From a virus, in IMG/VR virus record IMGVR_UViG_3300020198_000002, positions 32,001 through 96,000 of that record: a stretch of 64,000 nucleotides of DNA. The stretch is one strand, 5' to 3'. Shown piece after piece: positions 27,313 through 37,875 of this stretch. A program made the position numbers and the translations under genes. The notes beneath the pieces are model-generated. The model saw nothing but the letters and a program-made list of their open reading frames with translations, was not told the origin of the DNA and searched no databases. Position 1 is the stretch's first letter. Each line of letters starts with the position of its first letter.

Positions 27313-29591
27313 TGCCATTAAATCCTTTTTTCCTACAAGGTTCACAGAGCGAACAGAGATTAGTACAAGATCTCGTCAACGAACATTTAAAAATGTTTGG
27401 ACAGGATATTCTGTATTTGCCAAGAAAAATTATAAATGAAAAGACTATTATAAAAGAAATTGCTGATTCGAAATTTGATGATAGTTATAGAATAGAAGCA
27501 TACCTAGAAAACTATGATGGTTACGGAGACTCTCCAGATTTTCTCACAAAGTTTGGTGTAAGAGTTGCAGAAGAAATTACCCTCATACTTTCTAAAGAAA
27601 GATATGATGATTTCATTACTCCATTTTTAAGACTCTATCCAGAAGGAACTTTCAAATTAACAAATAGACCAGCAGAAGGAGATTTGATTTACTTCCCACT
27701 CGATAATGCCTTATTTGAAGTTAAGTTTGTTCAATATGCAGTTCCTTTTTATCAGTTGAACGATTTGTATATGTATCAACTCAAGTGTGAGTTGTTTGAG
27801 TTTGAAAACGAAGTCATTGATATTCCAGATTCTGAAACTGGGACGAATGGCGAATCAATTATTGAACCAATTGGTGGTGCTGGCACGGCAATGATTGTGA
27901 ACTTTGTTGGTTCTGGTGCAAGTTCAGCAACCGCTAACATTTCCTATGCATCTACAATTCAAGGAGTAAAATCTGTACAATACATTGATTTAATTAATGA
28001 TGGTGCAAATTATATTTCTGCTCCAATAATTACTATAAGTAGGCCAGAAATTGGTAGATCTGCTGTTGCAATAGCTGGAATTGATACTGGAAGCGTATCT
28101 TCAATTACACTCATGGACTCGGGGTATAATTATACCAATATTCCATCAATTACTTTTACTCCTCCCAATAGACCAATATCTGCTCAATTAAAATTTGGAA
28201 ATAATACATTACATCATAGTAATTTTTCAATGGTAGAAAATTCTACTTTTAATTTTCCTTCGAATATTGATGCTAGGAATGGAAGAGTAGTTATTAGTTT
28301 TTGGATTTATCCAACTATTTTAGACCCAGACCCATCATACGGTGGATCTATACTTTGGTCTAATACTTTAAAAGTATATCATCTCCCAGACGGCAAAATT
28401 AGATTCTCATCAGCACAAGCAACTGCGGGAACAAATAATACATTAAATTTAAATCAATGGAATTTTGTAAGAATAGTACAATATCAAAACCAAGCGAGTA
28501 TTTCTTTAAATGGAACTGTACATGGACCATTTTCAAATTACAATCCGATTCCATTCCCAGGACATAAACCTTTATACATTGGATCCGATGCACAAGGAAG
28601 TAGTGTTTCAGTTTATCCAACCAGAGGGTTTGTGGGATACTTTGATCATTTAACTATCAATGTAACTTCCGATAATAATTTTAGGTCTGTTGTTGCTTCA
28701 CAAATACCAACGTCAACAACTGAACAAGAGGTTGACTCATACACAGGAACTTCTGCTCAATATGTAAGGCCATTTAATAATTTACATCCAGTGGCTACAG
28801 CTACTTTAGGTTTAGATAACAAAGTATCAGGTATTACTTTAAATAGTCCAGGATATGGGTATCTAAATCCACCAAATATAATTCTAACTCCTCCAGTTTC
28901 TGGTAGACAAGCAACAGCAGTTGCAATAATGACCAGTAGAACTGGTGTTCCAAAGTTAGCAATTGATCGAATACTTTTGGTCGATCCAGGAGTTGGATAT
29001 GATAATCCTCCTACAGTAACCATAACTAGTGGAAACGGATCTGGAGCCATTGCAACAGCAGTTATTAACCGAGGTGTAATGGGCCCTGTTGCAATAACAA
29101 CTGGTGGAGTTGGATATTCTACGATTCCGAATGTTTATGTTGATCGTACTTTCATACCATCTGGAGTAGGCATTTCATCAAATATTAGGAATGTATCAGC
29201 CGAAGCAATTATTAATTCAGCTGGTACGGTAACTCAAGTTAGATATGTAAATGCGGGAACTGGATATAGTTCTATTCCAAATATTACTTTTGATCCCGTA
29301 CAAGATCCATCTTTTGGTAATTTTACTTTTAACGAAAAGGTAAAAGGATTGCAAAGCAACACAGAAGCATATGTTAAATCGTGGGACTTTAAAAACAGAA
29401 CTCTGTCACTATCTTCTCCAAATGGAAAATTTATTATTGGAGAAACTATCGTTGGGATCGGTGCAAGTTACACGATATCAGAAATAGATTTCCAAGATTC
29501 GAGTTTTGGTTATGGGGAAAATGATACTATTGAAGAGGAAGCAGATGATATTTTAGATTTCTCCGAGAGAAACCCATTCGGTGAGTTCTAA
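27312..29591 (+). CDS. gp14: neck protein gp14 with large insertion (LamG-like domain and G.GY...P repeats)
   Basis: N-terminal EQRLVQDLVNEHLKMFG..RPAEGDLIYFP; C-terminal ILDFSERNPFG; 759 aa. Confidence 0.88.
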   Translation: MPLNPFFLQGSQSEQRLVQDLVNEHLKMFGQDILYLPRKIINEKTIIKEIADSKFDDSYRIEAYLENYDGYGDSPDFLTKFGVRVAEEITLILSKERYDDFITPFLRLYPEGTFKLTNRPAEGDLIYFPLDNALFEVKFVQYAVPFYQLNDLYMYQLKCELFEFENEVIDIPDSETGTNGESIIEPIGGAGTAMIVNFVGSGASSATANISYASTIQGVKSVQYIDLINDGANYISAPIITISRPEIGRSAVAIAGIDTGSVSSITLMDSGYNYTNIPSITFTPPNRPISAQLKFGNNTLHHSNFSMVENSTFNFPSNIDARNGRVVISFWIYPTILDPDPSYGGSILWSNTLKVYHLPDGKIRFSSAQATAGTNNTLNLNQWNFVRIVQYQNQASISLNGTVHGPFSNYNPIPFPGHKPLYIGSDAQGSSVSVYPTRGFVGYFDHLTINVTSDNNFRSVVASQIPTSTTEQEVDSYTGTSAQYVRPFNNLHPVATATLGLDNKVSGITLNSPGYGYLNPPNIILTPPVSGRQATAVAIMTSRTGVPKLAIDRILLVDPGVGYDNPPTVTITSGNGSGAIATAVINRGVMGPVAITTGGVGYSTIPNVYVDRTFIPSGVGISSNIRNVSAEAIINSAGTVTQVRYVNAGTGYSSIPNITFDPVQDPSFGNFTFNEKVKGLQSNTEAYVKSWDFKNRTLSLSSPNGKFIIGETIVGIGASYTISEIDFQDSSFGYGENDTIEEEADDILDFSERNPFGEF

Positions 29592-29613
29592 ATAACTAAT
29601 AAACAGTCTCATT

Positions 29614-30675
29614 ATGTTATCAAATCAATATTACCACGAAATAATAAGAAAAACCATCATCGCTTTTGGTACATTATTCAATAATATTGAAATTGCATCG
29701 AAGAATGAACAGGGAGATATAATCAAACAACTGAGAGTTCCTATTGCATATGGACCTACTCAGAAATTTTTGGCTAGACTTGAAGCAAGAAATAATATAA
29801 AAGGACCTGGGCCCGCAAAAGTAGCAATTACATTACCAAGAATGTCATTCGAAATGACAGGCATTCAATATGATCCCTCAAGAAAGATAAGTACCCTACA
29901 AAGTTTTAATTCAATAACAAAAACTGGCAAACTAGTGAAAAATTTTATGCCAGTTCCATATAATATTTCAATGCAGTTGAATATCCTTACGAAGTTAAAT
30001 GATGATGCATTACAAATATTAGAACAAATACTTCCATACTTTCAGCCAAACTTTACACTAACTGTAGATTTGGTTAATACCTTAGGTGAAAAAAGAGATA
30101 TTCCAGTTACTATAGAAAACATAAGTTTTGATGATAACTACGAGGATGATTTCACAAGTAGAAGAAATTTGACTTATACTATAAACTTCCTATGTAAGAC
30201 ATATCTATTTGGTCCTACAGTAAATAATTCAACTGGACTTATCAAAAAAGTTCAAATTGATTATCACGGAAATACACAAAATCTAAAAAATTCATCTAGA
30301 CAATTAAGATATACAGCTGTTCCTACTGCAGCTAAAGATTATGATTCTGATAATCAAGCTGTTCTTGCAGAACTTTTAAATGAGTCTGTTACCGAGTTTA
30401 ATGTAAGTATAACAGGAACTCTTCTTTACAATATGTTTATTCAAATTGATGATGAAGTAATGAAAATTAAAAATATAGAAGGTAATACTTTAACGGTACT
30501 TAGAGGTCAAAATGGCACAAGAATGGTTCCACATGATGTTGGAACAATAATTCATAGTCTAACGGAAGCCGATAATAATTTAATTGAGATCGATGATGAT
30601 TTTGGATTCTCGGAAACTATAGAAGAATTTGGTGATGGAAGATTATATAGTACAACAAAAAGGACTGATGTATGA
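29614..30675 (+). CDS. gp15: tail sheath stabilizer/completion protein gp15
   Basis: YHEIIRKTIIAFGTLFNNI, VPIAYGPTQKFL, LPRMSFE, QILEQILPYFQP. Confidence 0.92.
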   Translation: MLSNQYYHEIIRKTIIAFGTLFNNIEIASKNEQGDIIKQLRVPIAYGPTQKFLARLEARNNIKGPGPAKVAITLPRMSFEMTGIQYDPSRKISTLQSFNSITKTGKLVKNFMPVPYNISMQLNILTKLNDDALQILEQILPYFQPNFTLTVDLVNTLGEKRDIPVTIENISFDDNYEDDFTSRRNLTYTINFLCKTYLFGPTVNNSTGLIKKVQIDYHGNTQNLKNSSRQLRYTAVPTAAKDYDSDNQAVLAELLNESVTEFNVSITGTLLYNMFIQIDDEVMKIKNIEGNTLTVLRGQNGTRMVPHDVGTIIHSLTEADNNLIEIDDDFGFSETIEEFGDGRLYSTTKRTDV

Positions 30676-31094
30676 ATACTGATTTTGATGAGATAAACAA
30701 ATCTTTAGATATTGAATCTACTTCAGTGTCTAAAGATATTGTGAGATCTAAAAAATCACCCATTACAAAACAAGACAAATCAGAACCAGAAGCTGATTAT
30801 GAATATACAAGGGCTCAACTTTACTCGTTAATCGAAAAGGGACAGGAAGCAATCGATGGAATTTTGGAAGTTTCTCAAGCAAGTGATTCTCCACGAGCAT
30901 ATGAAGTTGCAGGTCAACTAATTAAAAGTGTTGCAGACACTGCAGATAAACTAATTGATCTACAACAAAAAATGAAAGATTTAAGTAAAGATGATTCTAA
31001 AGGACCAGCAAATATAACAAATAATGCTCTATTCATTGGATCTACTCACGATTTGCAAAAATTTTTAAAGGCTCAAAACAGTGAAAAGAAATAA
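30672..31094 (+). CDS. gp16: terminase small subunit gp16
   Basis: DYEYTRAQLYSLIEKGQEA..SPRAYEVAGQLIK..NNALFIGST. Confidence 0.9.
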   Translation: MNTDFDEINKSLDIESTSVSKDIVRSKKSPITKQDKSEPEADYEYTRAQLYSLIEKGQEAIDGILEVSQASDSPRAYEVAGQLIKSVADTADKLIDLQQKMKDLSKDDSKGPANITNNALFIGSTHDLQKFLKAQNSEKK

Positions 31095-31095
31095 T

Positions 31096-31248
31096 GTGAA
31101 TCCCAAAAAAGAATGGGAAAAGACTTTGGGATCAATGTTAAATAATAAAAATACTTTTGTTCCCCAAAAGTTAACAGCAAAACAACTCCAAAAAGATAGT
31201 CCATTGCGTATGATAATGTATTATCTCAATAGTAAATTGAAAAAATAA
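31096..31248 (+). CDS. small basic hypothetical protein (50 aa), absent from the ORF track
   Basis: GTG...TAA frame MNPKKEWEKTLGSMLNNKNTFVPQKLTAKQLQKDSPLRMIMYYLNSKLKK fills the gp16-gp17 gap almost exactly. Confidence 0.5.
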   Translation: MNPKKEWEKTLGSMLNNKNTFVPQKLTAKQLQKDSPLRMIMYYLNSKLKK

Positions 31249-31250
31249 TT

Positions 31251-32903
31251 ATGGCTGATAAAAGTTTATATCTTGGTAATCCGAATCTAAAAAGAACTAA
31301 TGTTGCCATTCAATTTACCCAAGATCAGATTCAAGAATATTTGAAATGTAAAAGTGATCCAGTTTATTTTGCACAAAATTATGTAAAAATTATTAATCTC
31401 GATCATGGATTGGTTTCATTTGACATGTATCCATTCCAAGAGAAGTTAGTAAAAAATTTCCATCATAGTAGATTTAATATATGTAAGATGCCTAGACAGT
31501 CGGGAAAATCCACGACAGTCGTTTCTTACTTATTACATTATGCTCTCTTTAATGACAGTGTAAATATTGGTATTCTTGCAAACAAGGCTCAAACTGCAAG
31601 AGAACTCTTACAGAGATTACAAACTGCATATGAGGCATTACCCGACTGGATGCAACAGGGGGTTGCTGTGTGGAATAGGGGTTCCGTAGAGTTAGAAAAC
31701 AAATCCAAAATCATTGCTGCTTCCACATCAGCATCTGCTGTCCGAGGAATGTCATTCAATATCATTTTTCTAGATGAATTTGCGTTCATTCCAAATCACA
31801 TTGCTGATGATTTCTTTAGTTCAGTATACCCCACAATTTCATCTGGTACATCTACAAAAGTAATTATTGTTTCTACCCCCAAGGGTATGAATCATTTCTA
31901 TCGTTTATGGCATGATGCAGAACTTGGTAGAAATGAATATGTGACTACAGAAGTTCATTGGTCTGAGGTTCCTGGTAGAGATGAGGCGTGGAAGGAACAA
32001 ACTATTAAGAATACATCTGAGTCTCAATTTAGAGTAGAATTTGAATGCGAATTTCTAGGATCTGTTGATACTTTGATTGCGCCTTCTAAACTAAAGTCGA
32101 TGGTTTATGATGAGCCACTAGCAAAAAATAATGGAACGGAAATTTATTCTCATGCAGAAAAAAATCATAACTATGTAATCACAGTTGATGTTGCTAGAGG
32201 AGTAGAAAAAGATTACTCCGCATTTATAATATTTGATGTGACTTCATTTCCATACAAAGTTGTAGGAAAATATAAGAATAATCAGATCAAACCAATGTTA
32301 TTTCCAAGCGTAATTCATGAATTTGCTAGAGCTTACAATCAAGCTTACGTGTTATGCGAGGTTAATGATATTGGAGATCAGGTAGCTTCCATCTTACAGT
32401 TTGATTTGGAATACGAAAATCTTCTCATGTGTTCTATGAGAGGACGAGCTGGTCAAATTGTAGGAACGGGATTTTCTGGTAAGAAGACCCAATTGGGTGT
32501 AAAGATGTCCAAAACTGTCAAAAAAATTGGATCTATAAATCTAAAAACTTTAATTGAGTCTGACAAACTAATAATATGTGACTATGATATTATTGCAGAA
32601 CTTACGACCTTTGTTCAAAAAAATCAGTCTTTTGAAGCTGAGGAAGGATGTAATGATGATTTAGCAATGTGTCTAGTAATCTTTGCTTGGTTAGTTGCAC
32701 AAGATTACTTCAAAGAAATGACGGAAGATGATATTCGCAAGAGGATATATGAAGAACAAAAAAATCAAATCGAACAGGATATTGCTCCATTTGGATTTTT
32801 AAGTGATGGATTGTCTGAAGAACAAAGTTTTGTTGATATTAATGGTGATCGATGGCATCTTGACGAATATGGAGACATGTCCTATATGTGGGAGTATCAT
32901 TAG
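31251..32903 (+). CDS. gp17: terminase large subunit gp17
   Basis: YLGNPNLK, PRQSGKST Walker A, IFLDEFAF Walker B, STPKG, VDVARG, DDLAM. Confidence 0.96.
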   Translation: MADKSLYLGNPNLKRTNVAIQFTQDQIQEYLKCKSDPVYFAQNYVKIINLDHGLVSFDMYPFQEKLVKNFHHSRFNICKMPRQSGKSTTVVSYLLHYALFNDSVNIGILANKAQTARELLQRLQTAYEALPDWMQQGVAVWNRGSVELENKSKIIAASTSASAVRGMSFNIIFLDEFAFIPNHIADDFFSSVYPTISSGTSTKVIIVSTPKGMNHFYRLWHDAELGRNEYVTTEVHWSEVPGRDEAWKEQTIKNTSESQFRVEFECEFLGSVDTLIAPSKLKSMVYDEPLAKNNGTEIYSHAEKNHNYVITVDVARGVEKDYSAFIIFDVTSFPYKVVGKYKNNQIKPMLFPSVIHEFARAYNQAYVLCEVNDIGDQVASILQFDLEYENLLMCSMRGRAGQIVGTGFSGKKTQLGVKMSKTVKKIGSINLKTLIESDKLIICDYDIIAELTTFVQKNQSFEAEEGCNDDLAMCLVIFAWLVAQDYFKEMTEDDIRKRIYEEQKNQIEQDIAPFGFLSDGLSEEQSFVDINGDRWHLDEYGDMSYMWEYH

Positions 32904-32918
32904 TAAGAAGTAGCAATT

Positions 32919-32926
32919 TATAAATA
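32919..32926 (+). promoter_or_regulatory. T4-type late promoter TATAAATA
   Basis: Exact consensus upstream of gp18. Confidence 0.8.
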
Positions 32927-32964
32927 AGTTTAGGGAAAAATGAACTTCTTTAAGGGGCACTCAC

Positions 32965-35376
32965 ATGGCGTTAAATTTAGTATCACCAGGCGTCAAAGTA
33001 CGAGAAGTTGACTTAACTATTGGTAGAATTGATGATATTAGTGATCAAGTAGGTGTTATTGCTGGTCCTTTTGCAAGAGGTCCAGTTAATGTACCAGTCC
33101 TGGTGGAGACTGAACAAGATTTACTCAATCGTTTCGGAAAACCATATTCAGCTGATGATCAATATGAGTATTGGTACACTGCTTCTTCCTACCTATCATA
33201 TGGCGGTGTTCTAAGAGTAATTAGATCAGATGGACCAACACTATCGAACGCTAACTCGCCCGTCGGTGTTGCAGTTACAACTTTGAAAATTGCCTCTAGT
33301 GAGGATTATATCAATAACCACACCACGGATTCTGATTGGTACTACGCAGCCAGAAATCCTGGGTCATGGGCAAATGACCTTAAAGTCTGTGTAATTGATG
33401 CCCTTGCTGACCAGAGACTTGCAATTGGAACTGATGGTCTTGTAGTTGGATGGGCAATAACTGCTGGATTTTCTACTAATTTTGCAAATTCCGATGGCAC
33501 TGTTGGTGTTTCTACTGGTTTTGTTAAAGGAGTAATCACAAAAGTTAACGCTGATAGTGTAGACGTAAAGATTGTTTCTAAGTACATAAACAGGACTGCA
33601 GAGTGGGTAAGTATTAACTATGAGGAAGGCAGTGGAATTAATGCTTTCCAAGGTTATGATACTAAATTTACTATTGGTCTCGGAACAGATCTGGGAAATC
33701 ATCAAAATAGATATAGAATTTTCAATGCAAGTGGAGCAGAACAAAGAATAGAAAGATATAGATTTACTGCTACGGTTGGTGCTGGTTCAACTATAGTTGC
33801 CCTTGATAGTTTGGATGGCAGATATATTGGACCTGGTGATCAATTAAAATCACTAAATGGTACATATACTACTGAGGTCATTGGATTCTCCACAGGAACT
33901 ACGCCGGCTGTAATCGTAAATAGTGCAGCCCCAGTTGCATTTGCAAATACTAGTTTCATTGTAAAAACTGGAATTGGCTCTGGACTTCTACTTTCCAACG
34001 TAAATACAGCGGTCGATTGGTATAATCAACAAACATTGGGACTTACCAATACAACAGTATATTGGAAAAATATTGCACCAAAACCAGCGACATCTGCATA
34101 TGCATCAGAAAGAAATGGAAATCATGATGAATTCCATGTTGTAGTTGTGGATGATACTGGAAATGTAACTGGAACTTCTGGTAATATTGTCGAGAAGTGG
34201 ACTGGATTGTCCAAGGCTCGTGATGCAAAGATATCGCCATCTACTGCAGTTTACTATAAAGATTATGTTGCAAATGGCTCAAATTATATCTTTGCTGGAC
34301 ACCCAGAAACTGGTGTTGGACTTAAGTTCACTAGTCTAGGTGGATATACTGTAGATTCCACTGGCGCGTGGGGTGGTCAAGCTCAAAATACAACTTTCAA
34401 TGCAATTGGTTCGAAGGTTTATACGTTAGGTAGTGGTAACGACTATACGGGGGTTAAGGAAACATTTAGTGTTGATCTTGGTGAACTTATCACTTCATAC
34501 TCAGTTGTTGAGAATCCTGCAGAATATTCCATAAATTTCCTCATCCAAGGTCCATCTGGAGGGGCTTCTATATTTGAATCGCAGGCAAAGGCAATCAAGC
34601 TGATGCAAATTGCTCAGACAAGAAAAGATTGTATTGCTTGTATCTCGCCACATAAATCTGGTGTTGTTGGAGTTGTAAATTCCGATCAACAAACAAACGC
34701 AATCATTACATTCTTTGATGCTCTGCCTTCTAATTCATACTCAGTATTTGATAGTGGATATAAGTACATGTATGATAGATTCAATAACACATTTAGATAT
34801 GTTCCACTGAATGGAGATATAGCTGGATTGATGGCAAGAACGTCTATCAATGCATACCCTTGGTATTCCCCTGCAGGTTCTGGAAGGGGTGCTATTAACA
34901 ATGCAGTTAAACTTGCATATAATCCATCTCCAGCGCAGAGAGATCTCTTATATCCCAAGAGAATTAATCCAGTTATTTTCTCTCCTGGCGCAGGTGTTGT
35001 TCTATTTGGGGATAAGACCGCACTTAAAGAATCATCTGCATTCGATAGAATCAATGTTCGTCGTCTATTCCTGACTATTGAACAGACAATTGAAAGAGCA
35101 GCGAAAGCTCAACTCTTCGAATTTAATGATGTTCTTACAAGAACTAACTTCCTTAATATTGTTGAACCATATCTACGTGATGTAAAGGCTAAGAGAGGTA
35201 TTACCGATTTCATCGTTATATGCGATGAAACCAATAACACCCCAACGGTTATTGATGCTAACCAATTTAGAGCAGACATCTTCGTTAAGCCAGCAAGATC
35301 TATTAACTTTATTGGTCTAACTTTTGTTGCTACCAGAACTGGTGTTAGCTTCGATGAAGTCATCGGTGCAGTCTAA
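32965..35376 (+). CDS. gp18: tail sheath protein gp18
   Basis: LVSPGVKVREVDLT, PWYSPAG..RG, FDRINVRRLF, KPARSINFI. Confidence 0.96.
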   Translation: MALNLVSPGVKVREVDLTIGRIDDISDQVGVIAGPFARGPVNVPVLVETEQDLLNRFGKPYSADDQYEYWYTASSYLSYGGVLRVIRSDGPTLSNANSPVGVAVTTLKIASSEDYINNHTTDSDWYYAARNPGSWANDLKVCVIDALADQRLAIGTDGLVVGWAITAGFSTNFANSDGTVGVSTGFVKGVITKVNADSVDVKIVSKYINRTAEWVSINYEEGSGINAFQGYDTKFTIGLGTDLGNHQNRYRIFNASGAEQRIERYRFTATVGAGSTIVALDSLDGRYIGPGDQLKSLNGTYTTEVIGFSTGTTPAVIVNSAAPVAFANTSFIVKTGIGSGLLLSNVNTAVDWYNQQTLGLTNTTVYWKNIAPKPATSAYASERNGNHDEFHVVVVDDTGNVTGTSGNIVEKWTGLSKARDAKISPSTAVYYKDYVANGSNYIFAGHPETGVGLKFTSLGGYTVDSTGAWGGQAQNTTFNAIGSKVYTLGSGNDYTGVKETFSVDLGELITSYSVVENPAEYSINFLIQGPSGGASIFESQAKAIKLMQIAQTRKDCIACISPHKSGVVGVVNSDQQTNAIITFFDALPSNSYSVFDSGYKYMYDRFNNTFRYVPLNGDIAGLMARTSINAYPWYSPAGSGRGAINNAVKLAYNPSPAQRDLLYPKRINPVIFSPGAGVVLFGDKTALKESSAFDRINVRRLFLTIEQTIERAAKAQLFEFNDVLTRTNFLNIVEPYLRDVKAKRGITDFIVICDETNNTPTVIDANQFRADIFVKPARSINFIGLTFVATRTGVSFDEVIGAV

Positions 35377-35411
35377 TTTTACTAAATAAATAACGAAGAG
35401 GTACAACCGCT

Positions 35412-36116
35412 ATGCCTATCTCACGACAATCATTCAATCCACCAAAAATAGCTGACAGAACCATTGATGATTTCAAGGCCAAATTGATTGGTGGTGCCGC
35501 AAGACCAAATTTATTTGAAGTTGAACTCAAGTTTCCATCATTTGTTCAAGGTGGAGCTGATGCAGCCATGTTGGACAAATCAAGATTTTTAATAAAATCT
35601 GCAAATTTACCAGCATCAAATATTAATGTTATTGAAGTTCCCTTCAGAGGAAGAAATTTAAAAATTGCTGGAGATAGAACATTTGATATTTGGACAATTA
35701 CTGTTATCAATGACACCGACTTTTCGATCAGAAATGCTTTTGAAAGATGGATGAATGGCATTAACAAACATGATAATGCAACTGGATTTATCAATCCAAG
35801 TCAATATCAATGTGATGCGGTAATTTACCAACTTGGCAGAAATACTAATGCCTCTGCTGCACAGGCTCAACCTGCGGCTGCAGCTCCAATTGCATCCGCT
35901 AGTAACTATCCAGTTCTCAAAAAATATCTTTTCCATGGTGTTTTTCCAACTAATGTTGGAGCAATCGAAATGTCATACGATTCAAGTGATACAATTGAAG
36001 AATTTACGGTAGATCTTCAAGTTCAGTGGTGGGATGCCCTAGACGAAACAAATAATACCATTCTTTACTCTGAAGAAGAACCCGTAGGAAGAACAGACTC
36101 ACAGCCTTCCTCCTAA
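35412..36116 (+). CDS. gp19: tail tube protein gp19
   Basis: GAARPNLFEV, VPFRGRNLKIAGDRTF..WTITVIND, IEEFTV; AATAAATA at 35385-35392. Confidence 0.95.
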   Translation: MPISRQSFNPPKIADRTIDDFKAKLIGGAARPNLFEVELKFPSFVQGGADAAMLDKSRFLIKSANLPASNINVIEVPFRGRNLKIAGDRTFDIWTITVINDTDFSIRNAFERWMNGINKHDNATGFINPSQYQCDAVIYQLGRNTNASAAQAQPAAAAPIASASNYPVLKKYLFHGVFPTNVGAIEMSYDSSDTIEEFTVDLQVQWWDALDETNNTILYSEEEPVGRTDSQPSS

Positions 36117-36171
36117 AAGAACTTGATTCAAATTGGAATAAATAGTCAAGTATAAGTTAATAACTTGAATA

Positions 36172-37848
36172 ATGGCTTCTAAATTATTTGGTTTCAAAAT
36201 ATCAGGAGAATCTGAAGATAAAAAAGGTATTGTCTCTCCAGTACCACAGAACGATGAAGATTCTTCTGATTATTTTGTTTCTAGTGGGTTCTACGGTCAG
36301 TATGTAGACATTGATGGTGTATATAAATCAGAGGCTGATTTAATAAGAAGATATCGAGAAATGGCACTTCATCCTGAAGTAGATAGTGCTATTGAAGATA
36401 TTATAAACGAAGCAATTGTTTCGGATCAGAACGACTCTCCTGTCCAAGTTGATTTGGAAAACGTTCCTGCATCTGAGAAATTAAAAGATCTGATAAGAGA
36501 AGAGTTTAAAACAATTAAAGAACTTTTAGACTTTGACAAAAAATGTCATGAAATTTTGAGAAATTGGTACGTTGATGGTAGATTATTCTACCATAAAGTT
36601 ATTGACATAAAAAATCCTTCAGATGGAATAAAAGAAGTTAGATATATTGACCCACTTAAAATTAAATATATTAGACAAATTAAAAATCCACCTAACGCAA
36701 TTACGGTAGGATCAAAAGATACATTGCTCACTAATAATCCAGACATAGAAGAGTATTACTTATACGATCCACAGGCAAACTCAGTTAAAGATACATTGGG
36801 AACTTTAGGTGCATCGTCATTTAAAGATCAACTACAGAAAGTAAAAATAGCTCCCGACTCAATTACATTTTGTCATTCTGGATTAGTAGATAGAAATAAA
36901 CAGACCATTCTTTCATATCTACACAAAGCAATTAAATCACTCAACCAACTTCGCATGATTGAAGATGCGTTGGTTATCTATCGCTTGTCACGAGCACCAG
37001 AAAGAAGAATTTTCTACATCGATGTAGGCAATCTCCCTAAAGTAAAAGCAGAACAATATCTGCGTGACGTAATGACCAGGTATAGAAATAAACTTGTATA
37101 CAATGCTAACACTGGTGAAATTCGTGATGACAAAAAATACATGTCAATGCTTGAAGACTTCTGGCTTCCAAGACGTGAGGGAGGCCGAGGTACAGAAATT
37201 ACAACACTTCCTGGTGGTCAGAATCTAGGCGAACTTTCAGATATTGAATATTTCCAAAAGAAACTTTATAGATCTTTGGGAATTCCAGAATCACGTATTG
37301 CTGGTTCAGGAGAAGGATTTAATCTTGGAAGATCATCGGAAATCCTTAGGGATGAATTGAAGTTCACTAAGTTTGTTGGTCGTCTCAGAAAAAGATTCTC
37401 AAACATATTTAATGATATGTTAAGAACTCAATTAATTTTAAAAAACATTGTAACTCCTGAAGATTGGGACACTCTTAGTGATCACATTCAATACGATTTC
37501 ATTTATGACAATCATTTTGCAGAATTAAAAGATACTGAACTAATGACCGAAAGACTCAATATTGTCGCAGCAATTGAACCATATTTGGGTAAATATTTTT
37601 CTGTTGATTATGTTAAGAGACGTGTTCTAAAACAGAAAGATTCGGAAATTGTTGAGTTAAAGAAACAAATGGATAAGGAAATAAAAGATGGTGTCATTAT
37701 GGATCCCGCTCAGGTTCAACAAATGCAAATGGGAATTCCACCTGAAGGATCAGGAGCTGCTGAAATGGACATGGGACAACCAATTGTTGAACCAGATGTT
37801 ACGAAAAATTCTCAAGTAACTCAACTCCCCAACGGTGGGGAAATATAA
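36172..37848 (+). CDS. gp20: portal vertex protein gp20
   Basis: LRMIEDALVIYRLSRAPERRIFYIDVGNLPK, EDFWLPRREGGRGTEI; AATAAATA at 36137-36144. Confidence 0.97.
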   Translation: MASKLFGFKISGESEDKKGIVSPVPQNDEDSSDYFVSSGFYGQYVDIDGVYKSEADLIRRYREMALHPEVDSAIEDIINEAIVSDQNDSPVQVDLENVPASEKLKDLIREEFKTIKELLDFDKKCHEILRNWYVDGRLFYHKVIDIKNPSDGIKEVRYIDPLKIKYIRQIKNPPNAITVGSKDTLLTNNPDIEEYYLYDPQANSVKDTLGTLGASSFKDQLQKVKIAPDSITFCHSGLVDRNKQTILSYLHKAIKSLNQLRMIEDALVIYRLSRAPERRIFYIDVGNLPKVKAEQYLRDVMTRYRNKLVYNANTGEIRDDKKYMSMLEDFWLPRREGGRGTEITTLPGGQNLGELSDIEYFQKKLYRSLGIPESRIAGSGEGFNLGRSSEILRDELKFTKFVGRLRKRFSNIFNDMLRTQLILKNIVTPEDWDTLSDHIQYDFIYDNHFAELKDTELMTERLNIVAAIEPYLGKYFSVDYVKRRVLKQKDSEIVELKKQMDKEIKDGVIMDPAQVQQMQMGIPPEGSGAAEMDMGQPIVEPDVTKNSQVTQLPNGGEI

Positions 37849-37851
37849 ATA
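37844..37851 (+). promoter_or_regulatory. T4-type late promoter TATAAATA
   Basis: Exact consensus overlapping the gp20 stop. Confidence 0.75.
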
Positions 37852-37875
37852 TCTTTAGTTGAATAAAATAAATTT

